Shown here: positions 50,108-60,497 of the stretch, one piece after another
Numbering within the stretch: position 1 is the first letter of the stretch
Layout of the letters: the number at the start of each line of letters is the position of its first letter
Source: a virus
IMG/VR virus record: IMGVR_UViG_3300045972_000140
Coordinates: 32,001 to 96,000 of that record
Length of the DNA stretch: 64,000 nucleotides
Direction: 5' to 3' (one strand)
Notes under the pieces: model-generated
What the model saw: the letters and a program-made list of their open reading frames with translations, nothing else
What the model was told of the DNA's origin: nothing
The model's database searches: none
Made by a program: the position numbers and the translations under genes

Positions 50108-50135
50108 TAAGTTTCTCCTAAACAGGGTTAATAGT

Positions 50136-50164
50136 AGTATAGCGGTGGACTTCGCGATAGTCAA
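50136..50164 (-). promoter_or_regulatory. Sigma70-type promoter for the gp55-gp47-gp46 operon
   Basis: TTGACT (50164-50159), 17-nt spacer, TATACT (50141-50136). Confidence 0.8.
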
Positions 50165-50198
50165 GAGTTTCAGTATAAAAGTAGCCGTTTATGACCTT

Positions 50199-50206
50199 GA
50201 TAAATA
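50199..50206 (+). promoter_or_regulatory. Late promoter motif GATAAATA
   Basis: 22 nt upstream of the 50229 ATG, at the head of the baseplate operon. Confidence 0.7.
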
Positions 50207-50228
50207 AGTAAAATAAGAGGATACAGAT

Positions 50229-50912
50229 ATGCCAGTACAAGATTTCAGAGCCAGATTGCAACCAAAAAGTAGGAGTGCGGCTGGAGATATTCTTGGTGAT
50301 AACGATTTTACTAATATCTTGTTTCCTTTATGGCAAACATTTGGGGTATTATTTCCATACACACCATCAGTTTCGACAGGCAGTGTCGCGGATTACGACC
50401 CGACTGGATTTATACATTCCAACTACGGGTATAACGCTTACATTAGGTCATACCCTAAGCCAATATCGATAAGTGCGGAATTTACAGCGCAGACAAACGA
50501 TGAGGCACTATATTTATTATCGGTCATCCACTTCTTCCGTGCAGTTACGAAATCTTATTTTGGTGTGAATCCATATAACAAGGCTGGCACGCCGCCGCCC
50601 GTATTAGTTTTCAACTACTTAGGTCAATATCAGTTTAATAACGTACCCGTAGTTGTTAAGAACTTCGACTATACATACGAAGCCAACATTGATTATGTAC
50701 CAATCAATACATCTATGTTTGCTACATCCACATCTATTACTACCAAGCCTGTAAATTTAGCAGGAGCTTCTTCTAACGGATATACATACGTGCCAACGCA
50801 CTTAACTGTTAATTTAGAATTAGATACACAATATGTACCAATCGACTTAAGAAATAATTTTAACTTAGACGATTTTAGAAGTGGTAAGTTATATAATAAG
50901 GGATACATTTAA
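50229..50912 (+). CDS. Baseplate / tail-tube initiator protein (gp48/gp54-like)
   Basis: GVLFPYTP, ISAEFTAQ, GTPPPVLVFNYLG...FNNVPVVV..F...YVP motifs. First gene of the baseplate operon. Confidence 0.6.
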   Translation: MPVQDFRARLQPKSRSAAGDILGDNDFTNILFPLWQTFGVLFPYTPSVSTGSVADYDPTGFIHSNYGYNAYIRSYPKPISISAEFTAQTNDEALYLLSVIHFFRAVTKSYFGVNPYNKAGTPPPVLVFNYLGQYQFNNVPVVVKNFDYTYEANIDYVPINTSMFATSTSITTKPVNLAGASSNGYTYVPTHLTVNLELDTQYVPIDLRNNFNLDDFRSGKLYNKGYI

Positions 50913-51199
50913 TGGCTAATAATTTTAAAGATACAAGCCAATATCTCAATACACCGATTGTAAATTGGTATTTAGATTTGTGGGTACCTAGGAATGTACC
51001 GAGTAGCGAGTTTGATAAGATCATAGTAATTCCTGCAGCGTTCGATCAACGCCCCGACTTATTAAGTCAACAGGAATATGGAACACCCAGATTGTGGTGG
51101 GTATTCTGTATGCGTAATCCGGATTTAATAATAGATCCTATAAACGATTTCCTAGCAGGACTAGAGATATTTGTTCCACAAAACATTTTAAAGCAATAA
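50912..51199 (+). CDS. gp53: Baseplate wedge subunit, T4 gp53-like (LysM-like)
   Basis: RPDLLS...YG...LWWVF..RNP. Confidence 0.75.
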   Translation: MANNFKDTSQYLNTPIVNWYLDLWVPRNVPSSEFDKIIVIPAAFDQRPDLLSQQEYGTPRLWWVFCMRNPDLIIDPINDFLAGLEIFVPQNILKQ

Positions 51200-51200
51200 T

Positions 51201-53864
51201 ATGGCATTCGGACCACCAGAAAATTTTAATACTGATTTTTATGCAGGTAAAGGAAATCAGGGAAGCAGGTATTACGGAGTAAGTGATAAAAAATTCGGTG
51301 GCGGTCGTGGAAGTCGAGGTGGTCCCACCTTAGCCCAGGCAACGTCTGCAAATAACGGCAGCGGCCGTGGCTCCATTTACGAAACAGTTAACGGAGAAGA
51401 GCACAATGCATATGTGCATAAGACAGATAACGTAAATGCGTCAGCTGATAATATTAAATTAGATTTCCAGCCTAATCTGTTAGATAATTACGATGCCGTA
51501 ACATACCATTTCAAATTCTTTATGACATCCTCACAAGATGCATATAGTGGCAATGTATTAGATCCTACAGCTCAGGTTATTATTGCAGAAAGCGGGGTAT
51601 CTGACTTAACAATTGACGGTGTAACATTTGATGCTATTGCTGTACCTTCTGTTGAGGCAGGTACAGGAACACAAATACGAGTTAAATTTGATATTGTAGA
51701 ACCTGCAGGCGCCGGTTTATTAGATAAGATATTTTATGAATCGTTAGATTTAGGAATATCTAATTGGGCTACCATGCCTATATTTTTGCAATTAGAATTT
51801 AGAGCCCGGAACCCCGACACATCTAATTCTGACGCCGATGGCGCACCAGGATCATTAGGTAACTTACGTTGGTTGTGGGCATTAAAAATTAATAATATCA
51901 AAGCCGACGTTACGCAAATGGGTACACGATATACATTTGAAGCAATTTTGTATAATGAGTTTGCCCAATCTAATGCGTGCTTTACTTTATTAAATAACGT
52001 ATCTCTAGAGAAAATTGATACAGTGCAAAACGCAATTAGCGAATTACAAGATAAATTAAATAAAGATCAATTATTAAGAACGCTAGATAACTACGGCCTG
52101 CCCGATGTTTATAATTTTGTGATTGATGACAAAATTAAAGGTTATAAGATACATCCTAATAAGAATAATACAGATCCTAAACGTAATGACTCATTTGCTA
52201 CATGGGATGCTAAGTCTGCGCAGTTTACATCTGGTACTAGTATTGATAAGATTATAGACTCTATATTAGCGCATACCGAAGAATATCAGAAGGCAATGAT
52301 AGGTGCCACTGCCACCGGTAATGACGGTGAACCCATTAACGCCGAAATTAGTAAAATGAAAAGCTTCTGGAGAATTATCACAGAATCTAGACCGTTTGCG
52401 TTTGATAAAAGGCGCGGCGATTATGCTAATGAATTTTCTATATTTGTTATCGATTACGATATCGGTGTATTGGATGCAAATATATTTCAGACAGCAAACA
52501 TAACAAAAGAAGATAGTTTAAATAGATTTGCTACCTACGTTAACAAGGGCATTCTTAAGAAGAAATATAACTACATTTTTACAGGGTTAAATGACCAAAT
52601 TCTGGGACTTGACTTAGTTTTTAACCAGGCATTCTCTGTTGCATCTTCTAGATACGGCGGTGTATATATTAATTCATCGGCAAGTGATTACGGACCTGTA
52701 GCGCAAGATGATTCAAAAGATCAACTCGAAGTAACAAAAAAACTGCGTGATTATATAAAAATGCAGAATGATGCTACAACATCAACTACATCGTTAGTTA
52801 GGGCGCTCGATGATTATATGATATCGTTAGATGCGGCAAAATTACCGGAGCAAACAAAAAACCAGTATGCCGCTGTACTAGCGGCTCAAAAGCCTGGCGC
52901 TAAAATTGATTTATCGGTATACGGCAATAACTATAAACGATTAACAGATAAAACTGTTGAACCAGATAAAGCTCAGTACCCTCGCCAACTAGCAGGTTAT
53001 ACACAAAATGGATCTGTAGTAACTCCGGCGTTTGTTTCGGACATTAATTTAAAATCAGAACAAACGTTAAATGTATATAAGAACTATCTAGCCGGTGGTG
53101 CCGGGGGTCAAATGCGCCCTATGTCATTTAGAGAGGGTTCGCAGGAAAAATCAACAGGACAAGGTATTGAATCTGGTAGCGATTCTGGTGTCGTAAAACT
53201 AGCTAATATATTTTCATTGGCACTACATTCCGCGAATGATGTTAATCTCATCAAACTTAAAATTAATATCAAGGGAGATCCGTTTTGGCTATTTCCACAT
53301 CCTGTGTCCGGCACATCGATTATACCTAACGCCGAGAAAGACCCAACTGAGGCAATTAATTTCTTAAAAGGTAGTCAGAATACAATACCAAATGCTGTAA
53401 ATTTATATGGTGCCGATAATTATATTATTGTTAGATTTAGAACTCCGCGGATATATAACATACAAAACAATGACGGCGACTTAGATCCGTACACCGAAGT
53501 TGACACATTTAGTGGAGTGTATAGAGTTATTAGGGTAAACAGCACATTCGAAACCGGAAAGTTCTCTCAAATGTTAGATTGCCAACTTGATTATATTATA
53601 AAAATGGAAGACATTCAGGATTTAATAGAAGAGAACGCCAAGTTAAAAGATATTCCTTCTACAGTACAATCATTTTATCCTGCAGCACCAGAAAGTACAT
53701 ACGATGCATCTAATGCGCCAGATCAAACTACGGCTGAAACAGCAAGGCTGAATGCCGGCACAATAACACAATCGGCTGCAGAAACAGCAAGATTAGCTAG
53801 AAGTGGTTACCAAACTCAGTCAGACGCACTACAGGCAAGATTAAAGAAGGCAATACAGACATAA
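51201..53864 (+). CDS. Baseplate hub protein (gp27 / late control D-like)
   Basis: 887 aa between gp53-like and gp5-like genes. IKGDPFWL and FSGVYRVIRVNSTF..GKFSQ.L C-terminal motifs. Confidence 0.6.
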   Translation: MAFGPPENFNTDFYAGKGNQGSRYYGVSDKKFGGGRGSRGGPTLAQATSANNGSGRGSIYETVNGEEHNAYVHKTDNVNASADNIKLDFQPNLLDNYDAVTYHFKFFMTSSQDAYSGNVLDPTAQVIIAESGVSDLTIDGVTFDAIAVPSVEAGTGTQIRVKFDIVEPAGAGLLDKIFYESLDLGISNWATMPIFLQLEFRARNPDTSNSDADGAPGSLGNLRWLWALKINNIKADVTQMGTRYTFEAILYNEFAQSNACFTLLNNVSLEKIDTVQNAISELQDKLNKDQLLRTLDNYGLPDVYNFVIDDKIKGYKIHPNKNNTDPKRNDSFATWDAKSAQFTSGTSIDKIIDSILAHTEEYQKAMIGATATGNDGEPINAEISKMKSFWRIITESRPFAFDKRRGDYANEFSIFVIDYDIGVLDANIFQTANITKEDSLNRFATYVNKGILKKKYNYIFTGLNDQILGLDLVFNQAFSVASSRYGGVYINSSASDYGPVAQDDSKDQLEVTKKLRDYIKMQNDATTSTTSLVRALDDYMISLDAAKLPEQTKNQYAAVLAAQKPGAKIDLSVYGNNYKRLTDKTVEPDKAQYPRQLAGYTQNGSVVTPAFVSDINLKSEQTLNVYKNYLAGGAGGQMRPMSFREGSQEKSTGQGIESGSDSGVVKLANIFSLALHSANDVNLIKLKINIKGDPFWLFPHPVSGTSIIPNAEKDPTEAINFLKGSQNTIPNAVNLYGADNYIIVRFRTPRIYNIQNNDGDLDPYTEVDTFSGVYRVIRVNSTFETGKFSQMLDCQLDYIIKMEDIQDLIEENAKLKDIPSTVQSFYPAAPESTYDASNAPDQTTAETARLNAGTITQSAAETARLARSGYQTQSDALQARLKKAIQT

Positions 53865-53865
53865 G

Positions 53866-56157
53866 ATGGCATATTTAGATACAAATGCAAGGACAGTTGG
53901 TGTACCAACAAATGATAAATTTCAACCGTTAGGTAGATCAAATTCCTTATTTGGTGTTTTTAGAGGATTCGTAAAACGTGCCGATGATGTGCAGAAAATG
54001 GGTCGACTTCAGGTATGGATTCCCGAATTTGGTTCAGCACCGGCAATCGAAGAAGGTTGGATAACAGTAAGTTACTGTTCGCCATTTGCTGGGTCTACCA
54101 ATACGGCAACCGCAAGTAAGGCAGATATTAAACAATTCGAGGGCACAGAAACTTCATACGGTATGTGGATGGTTACACCGGACGTAAACACACAAGTTCT
54201 TGTGATGTTTATTAATGGCGAATCCGATAAGGGTATATGGATAGGATCGTTGTATAACCAATTTATGAATAATATGGTACCTGCAATGGCAGCAAGTACT
54301 GACAACTATCAATACAACGGCAAATATATACCTGTAGCTGAATATAATAAATGGGACACAAGCGTGGTGCAACCCGATGCTACAACTAAACCATATGAAA
54401 GCACGAAGTTTAAGGGCGTGGGAAATCAAGGATTAATCAATGATATTCAGCGTGGCGTCACCAGCACAAGTGCTAGGCGTGAATCACCTAGTAAGGTATT
54501 TGGTATTATTACACCGGGCCCAGTTATTGACGAAAGTGCAACACCCGAAAATATTCGCCGTAAGGGTGGATCATCTTTTATTATGGATGATTTGACAGGT
54601 AGTGAATATGTTAAGTTAGCTACAAAATCTGGTGCACAGATTACATTAAACGAAACCACAGGCGAGGTTTATTTAATAAACAGAGACGGTACTGCCTGGG
54701 TACAAATGGATCAGTATGGCAATATAGATATTTTTGGTGCAACTAATATATCTATGCGAGCTCAGCGTGATGTTAATATTCGCGCAGATAGAAATGTTAA
54801 TATTGAAGCTGGCCAGAATATCTATATGAAGGCTGCAAAAGATACAACTGAAACCACAACTACATTTACATACGATGTGAATAATGTCCCTAAACCATCA
54901 ACAATACCTTACTGGAAATATGTAGGTGAAGGCAAAGGCCAGGGCGGTAATATTGTTACACAAGCACTAAATAGTACACACACTACTGTTAAGAATAACG
55001 CATATATTACAGTTGATGTTAATATGGAAATAAAAGTAGGTGGCACAATTGACACATCTGCAGCACTTCATAATTTAACAGCATCCGTTATCACAAACGA
55101 AGGTGCAGTAAAGATTGGTAGCGGTAATACCGGGACCCTTGATGTAACAGGTGCAGTTGCGTTCGGATCAACACTCGGTGTTCTTAACGGAATAAATGCT
55201 GCCAGTGGAAGTTTTCTTGGCAATGTAACAGGCGACCAAGGGCTATTCTATAGTATACCCGGTGTACAAGACGGTAGTGGTGCAACACCAAAGGCCGGTC
55301 CCGGTACAGCTGGTAGTTCTGTAACAATTACACCACCTGATCCTCCTATCTCTGCAGAAGTTAAACCAATGCTAGATAAAATGAATATTTTAGCAGTATG
55401 GAAAGATCCCGAGTCTAAATTTAAACGTAATGCCGAAGCTATGTCAACTACGGTAACAAGATTACCAACATACGAATCCTGCCCAGAACACGAAACATTT
55501 ACCTATAAAGCTGTTTCTGGATATACGCCTAAATTAAATGAAGGCGATAAAACATACGAGGGATCTGGTGGCGCAGGTAATACACCACCACCAACTGTTC
55601 CCGTTAATACTACACCCGGTGCTAACAACACAGAAATTCCGCAAGAATCGCCAGCAGACAGCGTTGTTACAAAAGATTTTAATATGGCTGCGTATCAGTG
55701 CCAATTAAAGATTCACGAAGGTGTTAAATATGTTTCATATCTAGACTCAGTTGGTTTACCGACAGGTGGTATTGGGCATCTACTACGGTCTAATGAAGTG
55801 CCTCTATATCCGGTCCCAACGCCTATTCTTGAATCGCAGGTTGCAACGTGGTTTAATCAAGATGCGCCAACATCTATTAAAGGTGCACAAGAATTACTAG
55901 GCATTGATGTCTGGGGTGATCTATCCGATGTTAGAAAACGTGCGTGCGCAGACTTATGCTATAATATGGGAAAAGGTCGACTTTCTAAATTTACACGCTT
56001 CATTGCAGGTATGAAATCGGGAGACTGGAATCTTGCAGGCGCATCTTTAAGAGACTCAAAATGGTTTACACAGGTTGGTCGCAGAGGCCCTAACATTATT
56101 ACAATGGTAGTACAAAATGTGGACCCTAACGGATGTGATAAGAAATTCCCTGCATAA
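53866..56157 (+). CDS. gp5: Baseplate spike gp5/VgrG-like protein with C-terminal T4-type lysozyme domain
   Basis: OB-fold motifs (GRLQVWIP, YGMW..P...VLVMF), beta-helix region, and HEGVKYVSYLDSVGLPTGGIGH (E-x8-D-x5-T) ...DSKWFTQVGRR. Confidence 0.85.
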   Translation: MAYLDTNARTVGVPTNDKFQPLGRSNSLFGVFRGFVKRADDVQKMGRLQVWIPEFGSAPAIEEGWITVSYCSPFAGSTNTATASKADIKQFEGTETSYGMWMVTPDVNTQVLVMFINGESDKGIWIGSLYNQFMNNMVPAMAASTDNYQYNGKYIPVAEYNKWDTSVVQPDATTKPYESTKFKGVGNQGLINDIQRGVTSTSARRESPSKVFGIITPGPVIDESATPENIRRKGGSSFIMDDLTGSEYVKLATKSGAQITLNETTGEVYLINRDGTAWVQMDQYGNIDIFGATNISMRAQRDVNIRADRNVNIEAGQNIYMKAAKDTTETTTTFTYDVNNVPKPSTIPYWKYVGEGKGQGGNIVTQALNSTHTTVKNNAYITVDVNMEIKVGGTIDTSAALHNLTASVITNEGAVKIGSGNTGTLDVTGAVAFGSTLGVLNGINAASGSFLGNVTGDQGLFYSIPGVQDGSGATPKAGPGTAGSSVTITPPDPPISAEVKPMLDKMNILAVWKDPESKFKRNAEAMSTTVTRLPTYESCPEHETFTYKAVSGYTPKLNEGDKTYEGSGGAGNTPPPTVPVNTTPGANNTEIPQESPADSVVTKDFNMAAYQCQLKIHEGVKYVSYLDSVGLPTGGIGHLLRSNEVPLYPVPTPILESQVATWFNQDAPTSIKGAQELLGIDVWGDLSDVRKRACADLCYNMGKGRLSKFTRFIAGMKSGDWNLAGASLRDSKWFTQVGRRGPNIITMVVQNVDPNGCDKKFPA

Positions 56158-56180
56158 TAAACATACCATATAATTTTCTT

Positions 56181-56188
56181 GATAAATA
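56181..56188 (+). promoter_or_regulatory. Late promoter motif GATAAATA
   Basis: Intergenic, upstream of the 56205 ATG. Confidence 0.7.
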
Positions 56189-56204
56189 ACAAAAAGAGAA
56201 TAAT

Positions 56205-56624
56205 ATGGCATCAAATCAATCCGGCTTAGTTCAGAAAACAGTAAAAACAAGGAAGCCCTACTTTGTAGGCTTCAACACGGTTGACCAACCACTGCCACCT
56301 TATTCGCTAACGAATGTCGAGTTAATTAAAAGAGATCTAAATAACCAATTTGCAACACCTATGGGTGCTCGTGTAATGCTGCCAACATTTGGCACAAGAA
56401 TTTACGAGTATTTGTTTGATCCTTTCGACGAATATACTAAGAATACAATCATAGAAGATGCAGTTCGCGTTGTTCAGTCCGAACCACGTGTTGAACTAGT
56501 AGGAATTGATGTTTACCAAGAAGACCAGGCATTAAATATTGTTATGGTTTTGTTATTTAAACCAGAGTCAATTACTGATAATATGTTTGTTACATTCTCA
56601 CTTAAAGACAAGGAATCATTCTAA
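56205..56624 (+). CDS. gp25: Baseplate wedge subunit, T4 gp25-like
   Basis: LIKRDL...TPMGARVMLPTFGT.I...LFDP...EPRV. Confidence 0.9.
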   Translation: MASNQSGLVQKTVKTRKPYFVGFNTVDQPLPPYSLTNVELIKRDLNNQFATPMGARVMLPTFGTRIYEYLFDPFDEYTKNTIIEDAVRVVQSEPRVELVGIDVYQEDQALNIVMVLLFKPESITDNMFVTFSLKDKESF

Positions 56625-59600
56625 TGTCAGAATCAATACGCCAGAGTAACTTATTTGCAGCCGAAGATTATCAAAAGGTTTTTAAAGCCTATCAGTTTAT
56701 TGATTATACAGCGTATGACTTTGATACTCTTAAACAAGCACTAATTAATTACATACAAACATACTACCCGGAAGATTTCAATGACTATATTGAAAGTTCT
56801 GAGTTTATTGCTATTATTGAATTGCTTGCATACTTTGGTACAAGCCTTGCATTTAGAACAGATTTAAACAGTCGCGAAAACTTTATCGATACTGCTACAC
56901 GTAGAGAAAGTATTATACGTTTAGCGCAAATGGTCAACTACGTTCCGCGCAGAAATATACCTGCTAGTGGTTTATTTAAAATTGCTGCGGTACAAACTAA
57001 TCAGCCATTAACAGATGCAAATGGTATTAATATTAACGACTTAACAATATACTGGAACGATCCTAATAATCCAGATTGGTTTGATCAGTTTGTACAAATA
57101 TGCAATGCTTCGTTTAGTACATTAAATCCATTTGGCCGCCCTACAAAGAGTGGCACAATCGGCAGTATTCCTACAGACTTATACCAACTTAATAATGTGT
57201 TACGCCAGAATGTTGTTTATGCTACATCTATAACAGTTAATGGTCAGTCATTCCCTATCGATGTTTGTAACCCTAATTTTATTACAAATCAGTCTATATT
57301 CGAACGCGCCCCTAACCCGTTAAATCCGTTTAACTTTATATACAGAAACGATAGCTTAGGTGTTGCATCCAATAACACCGGGTTCTTCTTATACTTTAAG
57401 CAAGGTAACTTAATTAATATAGATACTAATTTTGAGTTTCCTGTGCCTAATAGACTATTTCCTATTACTACACAAAATATTAACCAAGATGACGTGTATG
57501 TTCAAGAAACAGATCAAAACGGTAATGTTATTAACCAGTGGCTAAAAGTACCAGCATTGGCAGGTGAGAATATTATTTATAATAGTATTCAATATGGCGA
57601 ACGAAATATTTTCGATGTCATATCTGGTGCTAATGATACAGTTACTATTCGCTTTGCTGATGGTAATTTCGGTAATGTTCCTACGGGATTATTTAGATCT
57701 TGGGTACGTGTAAGTGCTAATCAGGACCTAGTAATCAGGCCAACTGACGCGCAAGGGTTACAGATAATAATTCCGTATATTGGCAACGACCAGCAACAAT
57801 ATAATTTAACAGTCTATTTTAATTTAGAAACAACAAGTGGTAATGCTGCTGCGTCTGAAACAAATGACCAAATTAAATTACGTGCTCCAGAAGTATTCTC
57901 TACACAATCACGTATGGTTAACGGTAGCGATTACAATGTGCTACCGCTTGTTTATGGAAATCAGATTGCAAAGATCTCGGCAATAGATAGAACCTATAGC
58001 GGCCAAAGTAGATATATTGATTTAAATGACCCAACCGGCTTCCATCGCGACCTAATTATATTTGGTCAAGATGGTGCACTATATAGAGATAATGCCGATG
58101 TGCTAGTCCAGGTTTCCAGGGATGCGTCTAACGCCGGAAATATTAATACTATTTTAATCAATTCTATACAAGAAATGTTAAGAGATACAAATGTATCTAA
58201 ATTCTTTTATGATGAATACATAACCCAATTCGAAGAGAAAATAAGAGTTAATAAGCAAGTACCATCGGACACAGGGTATTCTATATTAGATTTAAATAAT
58301 CCATACCAGACACCACTTATCTGGAGAACAAGTCCTGCTAAGTTTAAGAATACAACAGGGTACTTTTCCGATGTAATAAACGGTGACACATCTACAGCGC
58401 AGGTTTTAGTTAATTCTCTTGATCCATTAAATACGGCCAGCGGCACATATCAACCTTGGGGTATGATAACAAGTGGATCAGTATTAGAATTTAATGTGCA
58501 ATCTGCATCAGTAAATTCTATAATACAAAACGGTTTGCCTCTTATTGCTAATCCATTAAATCCTTATGCAGATATCGGGCCAGTAGAATTAGGCGTAGAC
58601 GTGCAAACTAACACAGCAGCTACAAAGTTATATCCCGAATTTAGAAACGAATTAACTACAAACGAAATAAACGAAGTAATATTCAGAATAAACGACGGTA
58701 TTTCGTTCTGGTTATATTACGATCTATTAACTAATGAGTGGCATACTTCGACTGCTGCTACACCGGGTATTGCAGATCAATCGCAGCAACCGTGGATCTA
58801 TCCGGTACCAACTGCAGGTAGTATATATTCGACGTGGTCAAATCATCCAGACAGCGGCTTGTTATATGTAACTATTGCAAGTAATAATGAAATTGCGAGT
58901 ACAACATATGATTTAACAGCACGTGGTCGTTCGTATGTTTTTGAGTCATACAGAGATGTTAGATTCTATTGGGAACCTAATCAAATTATTATTGATAATG
59001 CATCGGGTCTTGCATTACAAGATACTATTGAGGTTATGCCTTTTGTTAATACAAATTCTCTTGTGAATAATAATGATCCCGTTATTCCACCGGCACCTGT
59101 ACAACCATTTCTTCAATCCGCTGTCAATTTTACTATATCGGGTGTATACACACAAGATGATGGCTATCAGGATGAATCTAAAGTTCAGGTATCGTTAATA
59201 GATGCTAATAACGACGGCATACCAGACGATCCTGCGGGATTCGATAAAGTAGTATCAGAAAAAGATAGAATTGTATTTGAATATTACACAAACGAAGTAT
59301 CGGGCTACCAAAGTACTCGTCCGTGGGTTGCTAACTGGGGATTAGAGTTATCAACTTGGACAGATAAGATTTACGTTTATATTCCAATATACTCCGGTGC
59401 ATTACAGGGTTCTCCGTATCTAACTAATACATATCAACCTGATCCATTAAACCCGGTAGCTACCAAAATTATATACATGAATGATACAGATCTTGTGTTC
59501 TTACCTAATTCTATAATCCCTGGTGGCAAAACACAAATGGAAGATATAGCTATTCAATTATCTGCGTTCTTTAACGACCCAACAATGGCAGGTATTGATC

Positions 59601-60442
59601 CAAGTACACGAACAATACTATCTACTTATTTCTTTAATAAGTCTTTCTTAAAATCGGATACTTTACCCGGCCACGGGGTATATTATGCACTCGAATACAC
59701 AAGCACAGCCGACATAGGTACATATTATACCGGTACCATAATTACATCTGTTATAGACACATATCACTACGATAAAAATGGTAAGGTATTTACACAGAAC
59801 ACATCAATTAATACTGACAATCAATTACCGTTTTACTTTAAGTGGAGTCATTATTCCCCAATTGATCAACGAGTAGACCCTGCAGCAACAAATATCATCG
59901 ATATGGTTGTTATTACTAACAGTTACAACACCGATATGATTAATTGGAAAAACAATAACGGTACATTGATTACAAAACCAACACCACCAACTACTGAAGA
60001 TTTAAGAATACAGTTCCAAAATCTAGATCAGTATAAAATGGTCAGCGATTCTATGATATGGAATTCAGGTGAATTTAAGATATTGTTTGGACCACAGGCC
60101 GTACCAGAATTACAAGCAACATTCAAAGTTGTTAAGGCACCTTCGTCTAGTATCAGCGATAACGAAGTAAAAACATTGGTAATACAATCTATTGACTTGT
60201 TCTTCGATATTAGAAATTGGGATTTTGGTGAAAAGTTCTTCTACACAGAGTTGGCTGCGTTTATTCACCAGCAATTACAAGGCTATATTAGTTCTGTTGT
60301 CATTGTCCCAAATAACGCAACTTCGCAGTTTGGTGACTTATTTGAAATTGTTGCAGGTCCAACACAGTTGTTTATGTCAACAGCCACAGTAAACAATGTT
60401 CAAATTATTGCCAATCTAACAACTCAAAATATGCGTATTTAA
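56624..60442 (+). CDS. gp6: Baseplate wedge subunit, T4 gp6-like, enlarged
   Basis: DFDTLK..L..Y, FNDY.ESS, LLAY, ENFIDTATRRESI..LA...NY.P, FADGNFGNVP, IKLRAP..FSTQSRMVNGSDY. Confidence 0.85.
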   Translation: MSESIRQSNLFAAEDYQKVFKAYQFIDYTAYDFDTLKQALINYIQTYYPEDFNDYIESSEFIAIIELLAYFGTSLAFRTDLNSRENFIDTATRRESIIRLAQMVNYVPRRNIPASGLFKIAAVQTNQPLTDANGININDLTIYWNDPNNPDWFDQFVQICNASFSTLNPFGRPTKSGTIGSIPTDLYQLNNVLRQNVVYATSITVNGQSFPIDVCNPNFITNQSIFERAPNPLNPFNFIYRNDSLGVASNNTGFFLYFKQGNLINIDTNFEFPVPNRLFPITTQNINQDDVYVQETDQNGNVINQWLKVPALAGENIIYNSIQYGERNIFDVISGANDTVTIRFADGNFGNVPTGLFRSWVRVSANQDLVIRPTDAQGLQIIIPYIGNDQQQYNLTVYFNLETTSGNAAASETNDQIKLRAPEVFSTQSRMVNGSDYNVLPLVYGNQIAKISAIDRTYSGQSRYIDLNDPTGFHRDLIIFGQDGALYRDNADVLVQVSRDASNAGNINTILINSIQEMLRDTNVSKFFYDEYITQFEEKIRVNKQVPSDTGYSILDLNNPYQTPLIWRTSPAKFKNTTGYFSDVINGDTSTAQVLVNSLDPLNTASGTYQPWGMITSGSVLEFNVQSASVNSIIQNGLPLIANPLNPYADIGPVELGVDVQTNTAATKLYPEFRNELTTNEINEVIFRINDGISFWLYYDLLTNEWHTSTAATPGIADQSQQPWIYPVPTAGSIYSTWSNHPDSGLLYVTIASNNEIASTTYDLTARGRSYVFESYRDVRFYWEPNQIIIDNASGLALQDTIEVMPFVNTNSLVNNNDPVIPPAPVQPFLQSAVNFTISGVYTQDDGYQDESKVQVSLIDANNDGIPDDPAGFDKVVSEKDRIVFEYYTNEVSGYQSTRPWVANWGLELSTWTDKIYVYIPIYSGALQGSPYLTNTYQPDPLNPVATKIIYMNDTDLVFLPNSIIPGGKTQMEDIAIQLSAFFNDPTMAGIDPSTRTILSTYFFNKSFLKSDTLPGHGVYYALEYTSTADIGTYYTGTIITSVIDTYHYDKNGKVFTQNTSINTDNQLPFYFKWSHYSPIDQRVDPAATNIIDMVVITNSYNTDMINWKNNNGTLITKPTPPTTEDLRIQFQNLDQYKMVSDSMIWNSGEFKILFGPQAVPELQATFKVVKAPSSSISDNEVKTLVIQSIDLFFDIRNWDFGEKFFYTELAAFIHQQLQGYISSVVIVPNNATSQFGDLFEIVAGPTQLFMSTATVNNVQIIANLTTQNMRI

Positions 60443-60493
60443 TTTCCGTGATAAATACGAGAGTAGGTAATGTCCTACTCTTATTGCGGAAAT
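60442..60493 (+). promoter_or_regulatory. Late promoter motif GATAAATA (60450-60457) inside an RBS-sequestering hairpin
   Basis: ATTTCCGTGATAA (60442-60454) pairs with TTATTGCGGAAAT (60481-60493) using two G-U pairs. Inner stem GAGTAGG/CCTACTC at 60461-60480. Confidence 0.65.
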
Positions 60494-60497
60494 CTAA

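Noticed and set aside
50108-50164. TTG start for the gp55-like gene at 50164
   Set aside because: That TTG is the -35 box of the promoter. The ATG at 50107 has a GGAG RBS.
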